This document shows positions 57,134-59,466 of a stretch of DNA of 59,466 nt, piece after piece; position 1 is the first letter of the stretch, and every line of letters starts with the position of its first letter. The notes beneath the pieces are model-generated. The model saw nothing but the letters and a program-made list of their open reading frames with translations, was not told the origin of the DNA and made no database searches. The translations under genes and the position numbers were made by a program. Source of the stretch: a virus (lineage: Duplodnaviria; Caudoviricetes); IMG/VR virus record IMGVR_UViG_3300046744_000160, positions 1-59,466 of that record; one strand, 5' to 3'.

Positions 57134-57456
57134 TAGGTATCACCAATCGTGCCTACAGAGTGATAACCCGTATCAAACCTTCCATTAGCGTTTTTTGTGT
57201 CATCAAAGACTACCATTCGCATATTACTTGTGCTTCTGCTGCGACAAGATGATATTGCAGCTTGGTCACTCCCCGGTCCTATTGAATTTCCATAAATTGC
57301 GTAGTCGTCATTATCCATACTTGTTGAAAAATCAAAGGTTGTGTCACCTCCCTGATTGTCAGTTGTGCCACTGCAATTAAAGCTATCCTGCAAGCTGGCT
57401 TGATTTGCTGACGCAAACATAGTTGCGCCAATATGGTCAGGTCCAAAGCTACTCAT
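57133..57456 (-). CDS. Small protein resembling a tail-fibre tip domain
   Basis: 107 aa; DSFN.S..TD...GD....F...M...DY...GD pattern. Confidence 0.6.
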   Translation of the reverse strand: MSSFGPDHIGATMFASANQASLQDSFNCSGTTDNQGGDTTFDFSTSMDNDDYAIYGNSIGPGSDQAAISSCRSRSTSNMRMVVFDDTKNANGRFDTGYHSVGTIGDT

Positions 57457-59416
57457 TTGCGGTCTCCATTGCCGCCAGACGGCTTTCTAATTGTTCAATT
57501 TTTTTGTGAGCATCTTGGAGTGCCGACACCAAGATTGGTGTGATGCGTCCGTAATCCATAGACATCATCGCATCCTCGTCATCGCCAGTGCTTACTGCCT
57601 CTGGCATCACCTCTTCCATCTCTTGGGCAATGAAGCCCATAGACCGTGGGCCATCAGGGTCAACCTTCCAGCTATATGACACAGGGTTCATAGCCATCAG
57701 CTTGTCTGTGGCCTGCAGTGGTTCGATGTCTTGCTTTAGTCTGATGTCAGAAGTGGTGTTGTATGTGACGCCAGATGTTGTGGTTGACACCGTACCGATA
57801 GCAGACTGACCTTGGCGAAACTGCAAAGCAGTTCCGTTTGAGTTTCTGTCAATCCGAACCATCGTTGCACTGCCCGACCCAGTTGGAAAAACAGTGAAGC
57901 CATTTGTGTCATTAAGAGAGGTTGCCCCCACCAGAAAATTAGCTGAGTCGTCAAACCTAGCCCGCTCACTTACATCACTCGCAGAACCTGCAGTATAAAA
58001 ACGTATCTCTCCACCGTCACTGTTGTTCTGAATGTTAATCTGTGCAAATCGTTCCGTACCAGAACGTCCAGTGCGGCGTCCTTCGATAATTCCATTTCTG
58101 CCTGTGTTGGCAGTGTTAAAAACTAAGTTGGTGTGTTCATCAGCAGTAGTTTCAACAGCTAATACTTTGCCACCACTTGCTGATGTAGGTGAAGCAGTGC
58201 CGATGCCGACATTGCCGTCCGATGAAATGTGCATCCTAGTTGCATAGCTACCCGCACTATTAGTCACATTAAAGTTCATAGAGCCGTAACTGTATGTACC
58301 GCCCTGCGCCTCGTGTTTAACGTGGATACCCGCCGTGGCGGTCTCTGCTACACCGTTGGTTCCACGGTTAGTAAACTGGATACTAGAAAGATTGTTCGCA
58401 GTTTGATTGCTATTGTGGATTGCAATGTTAGGACCACTTTGTGATGACGGCTCTTTGTCTATCGTTGTGCCGCTGTCTGATTTTTCGATTTGCAAAAGAG
58501 CGTCAGGTGACGCAGTGCCGATGCCGACATTTCCGCTCGCATCTATTACTAACGAGTTCGCAGGTGCTTGTTGGATATAAATCGGTGTAACAAAACCAGA
58601 GGCTCTATCATCGTTTGCCCTCACAATGTTTAAGTCACCACCGCTTACTTGAAAGCCCCAGTTTTTTTGATTTGATGCAGCATCCGTATCTCTCAACCAA
58701 AGCTGGGTAGTGCCTGTGCTATCGAAAATCGAACCGTTGTTGTGGGCTGTAGAAACCACGTTTAATTTGCCATCTGGAGCGGTAACTCCCAGACCCAGCA
58801 AACCCGCCGATGTCAGGCGCATCCGTTCAGCCGACCCCGTGGCAAACACCATATCGTCTGCACCACTTGTTCTAAAGATGTACGGATTAGACGTATCGCT
58901 TGCTGCGCCACTGGACGCAAACCTCAAACCGCCATTTACTCTTGCGCCGTGAGACTGCGTGTCTAATTTAAGTGAGTTGTCGTAGTACAGTTCAACTGAC
59001 CCGTCAGTTTTAGCAACCAACATCTGTTCAGCTTGGTTTTTCATAAGCTGGATGTTGTTGCCGTTAGTGGTAATAAGGAAGTTGCCTGTGCCTACATCTT
59101 CGATAAATGAGTTGTTGTTGGAGTGATGTATCTTCAGGCCATCATTGCTTGTTCCAACGTAAATATTATCAGTATCAGCTATTACAATATCGTTGCCGTT
59201 GCTTTGTAAGTCACCGCCAAGCTGGGGACTGGTGTCGTTCACCAAGTCGGTGCTTACAGTGCCAAACGACAGAGTGCCGGAGCCGTTGGTCTTTAGCACC
59301 TGACCATTGCTCCCATCTGCTGTTGGATAGGTTAAGCTGTTTATTTCTGCGGAGCCTGTAACAGTCAGACCATCAGCAGTATTAAATCGTTGTACACCAG
59401 AGCCGATATAACCCAT
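57449..59416 (-). CDS. Tail fibre with C-terminal intramolecular chaperone (peptidase S74)
   Basis: 655 aa; GNVGIGT repeats; TTSDIRLKQDI...GFIAQE..EV.PEAV...MDYGR.TP.LV. Confidence 0.9.
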   Translation of the reverse strand: MGYIGSGVQRFNTADGLTVTGSAEINSLTYPTADGSNGQVLKTNGSGTLSFGTVSTDLVNDTSPQLGGDLQSNGNDIVIADTDNIYVGTSNDGLKIHHSNNNSFIEDVGTGNFLITTNGNNIQLMKNQAEQMLVAKTDGSVELYYDNSLKLDTQSHGARVNGGLRFASSGAASDTSNPYIFRTSGADDMVFATGSAERMRLTSAGLLGLGVTAPDGKLNVVSTAHNNGSIFDSTGTTQLWLRDTDAASNQKNWGFQVSGGDLNIVRANDDRASGFVTPIYIQQAPANSLVIDASGNVGIGTASPDALLQIEKSDSGTTIDKEPSSQSGPNIAIHNSNQTANNLSSIQFTNRGTNGVAETATAGIHVKHEAQGGTYSYGSMNFNVTNSAGSYATRMHISSDGNVGIGTASPTSASGGKVLAVETTADEHTNLVFNTANTGRNGIIEGRRTGRSGTERFAQINIQNNSDGGEIRFYTAGSASDVSERARFDDSANFLVGATSLNDTNGFTVFPTGSGSATMVRIDRNSNGTALQFRQGQSAIGTVSTTTSGVTYNTTSDIRLKQDIEPLQATDKLMAMNPVSYSWKVDPDGPRSMGFIAQEMEEVMPEAVSTGDDEDAMMSMDYGRITPILVSALQDAHKKIEQLESRLAAMETANE

Positions 59417-59466
59417 CAGGTAATCTCCAATATAGAAAGTGTAACATCAGCAGAAGTTGAAGCACT
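59416..59466 (-). CDS. C-terminal end of a small virion protein (...SADVTLSILEIT*), truncated by window edge
   Basis: TGA at 59416-59418 overlaps the ATG of the fibre gene. Confidence 0.6.
   Translation of the reverse strand, partial: SASTSADVTLSILEIT

Noticed and set aside
841-59361. Numerous antisense or alternate-frame ORFs in the track (e.g. 841-1302, 10718-11284, 15395-15835, 43543-44412, 52512-52847)
   Set aside because: They are shadows of well-supported genes on the other strand or frame, with no RBS or recognisable motifs
1-59466. Prophage features (integrase, att sites, host genes), terminal repeats, alternative genetic code
   Set aside because: None seen; both window ends fall inside tail genes, and all core genes are intact in the standard code

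Overview
The window is a near-complete genome of a tailed dsDNA bacteriophage with podovirus-like gene content. It is cut inside the tail module: there are partial genes at both ends, and the gene order continues around a circle. Minus-strand structural operons encode TerL, portal, GroES, scaffold, MCP, adaptors, several small basic proteins, internal/ejection proteins, a GH108 endolysin and at least three long tail fibres. The replication module has a SNF2 helicase, SSB-like protein, AEP primase, UvrD-like helicase and family A polymerase. An accessory/early region at about 17.5-27 kb holds DUF932, a Cys-rich protein, a VRR-NUC nuclease, TerS, an HNH endonuclease and an adenine MTase. Gene content resembles marine alphaproteobacterial phages of the HTVC023P/CRP-901 kind; this is from recalled families, not a database search. 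No integrase, ParA/ParB, CI repressor, tRNA or CRISPR array was recognised. The most interesting signals are: (1) a ~180-bp control element at 22870-23048 with mirror-image promoters, two palindromic operators, a consensus IHF site and a perfect chromosomal parS palindrome, in a phage with no recognisable ParB; (2) a 1126-aa protein between terL and portal with LPD23/HExxH metallopeptidase and ADP-ribosyltransferase-like motifs; (3) short peptide motifs (xxGG and GIxxL) shared by otherwise unrelated virion-operon proteins, a possible packaging or processing code; (4) structured leader RNAs, a GTTACA iteron-like region and DNA repeats shared between tail fibres.
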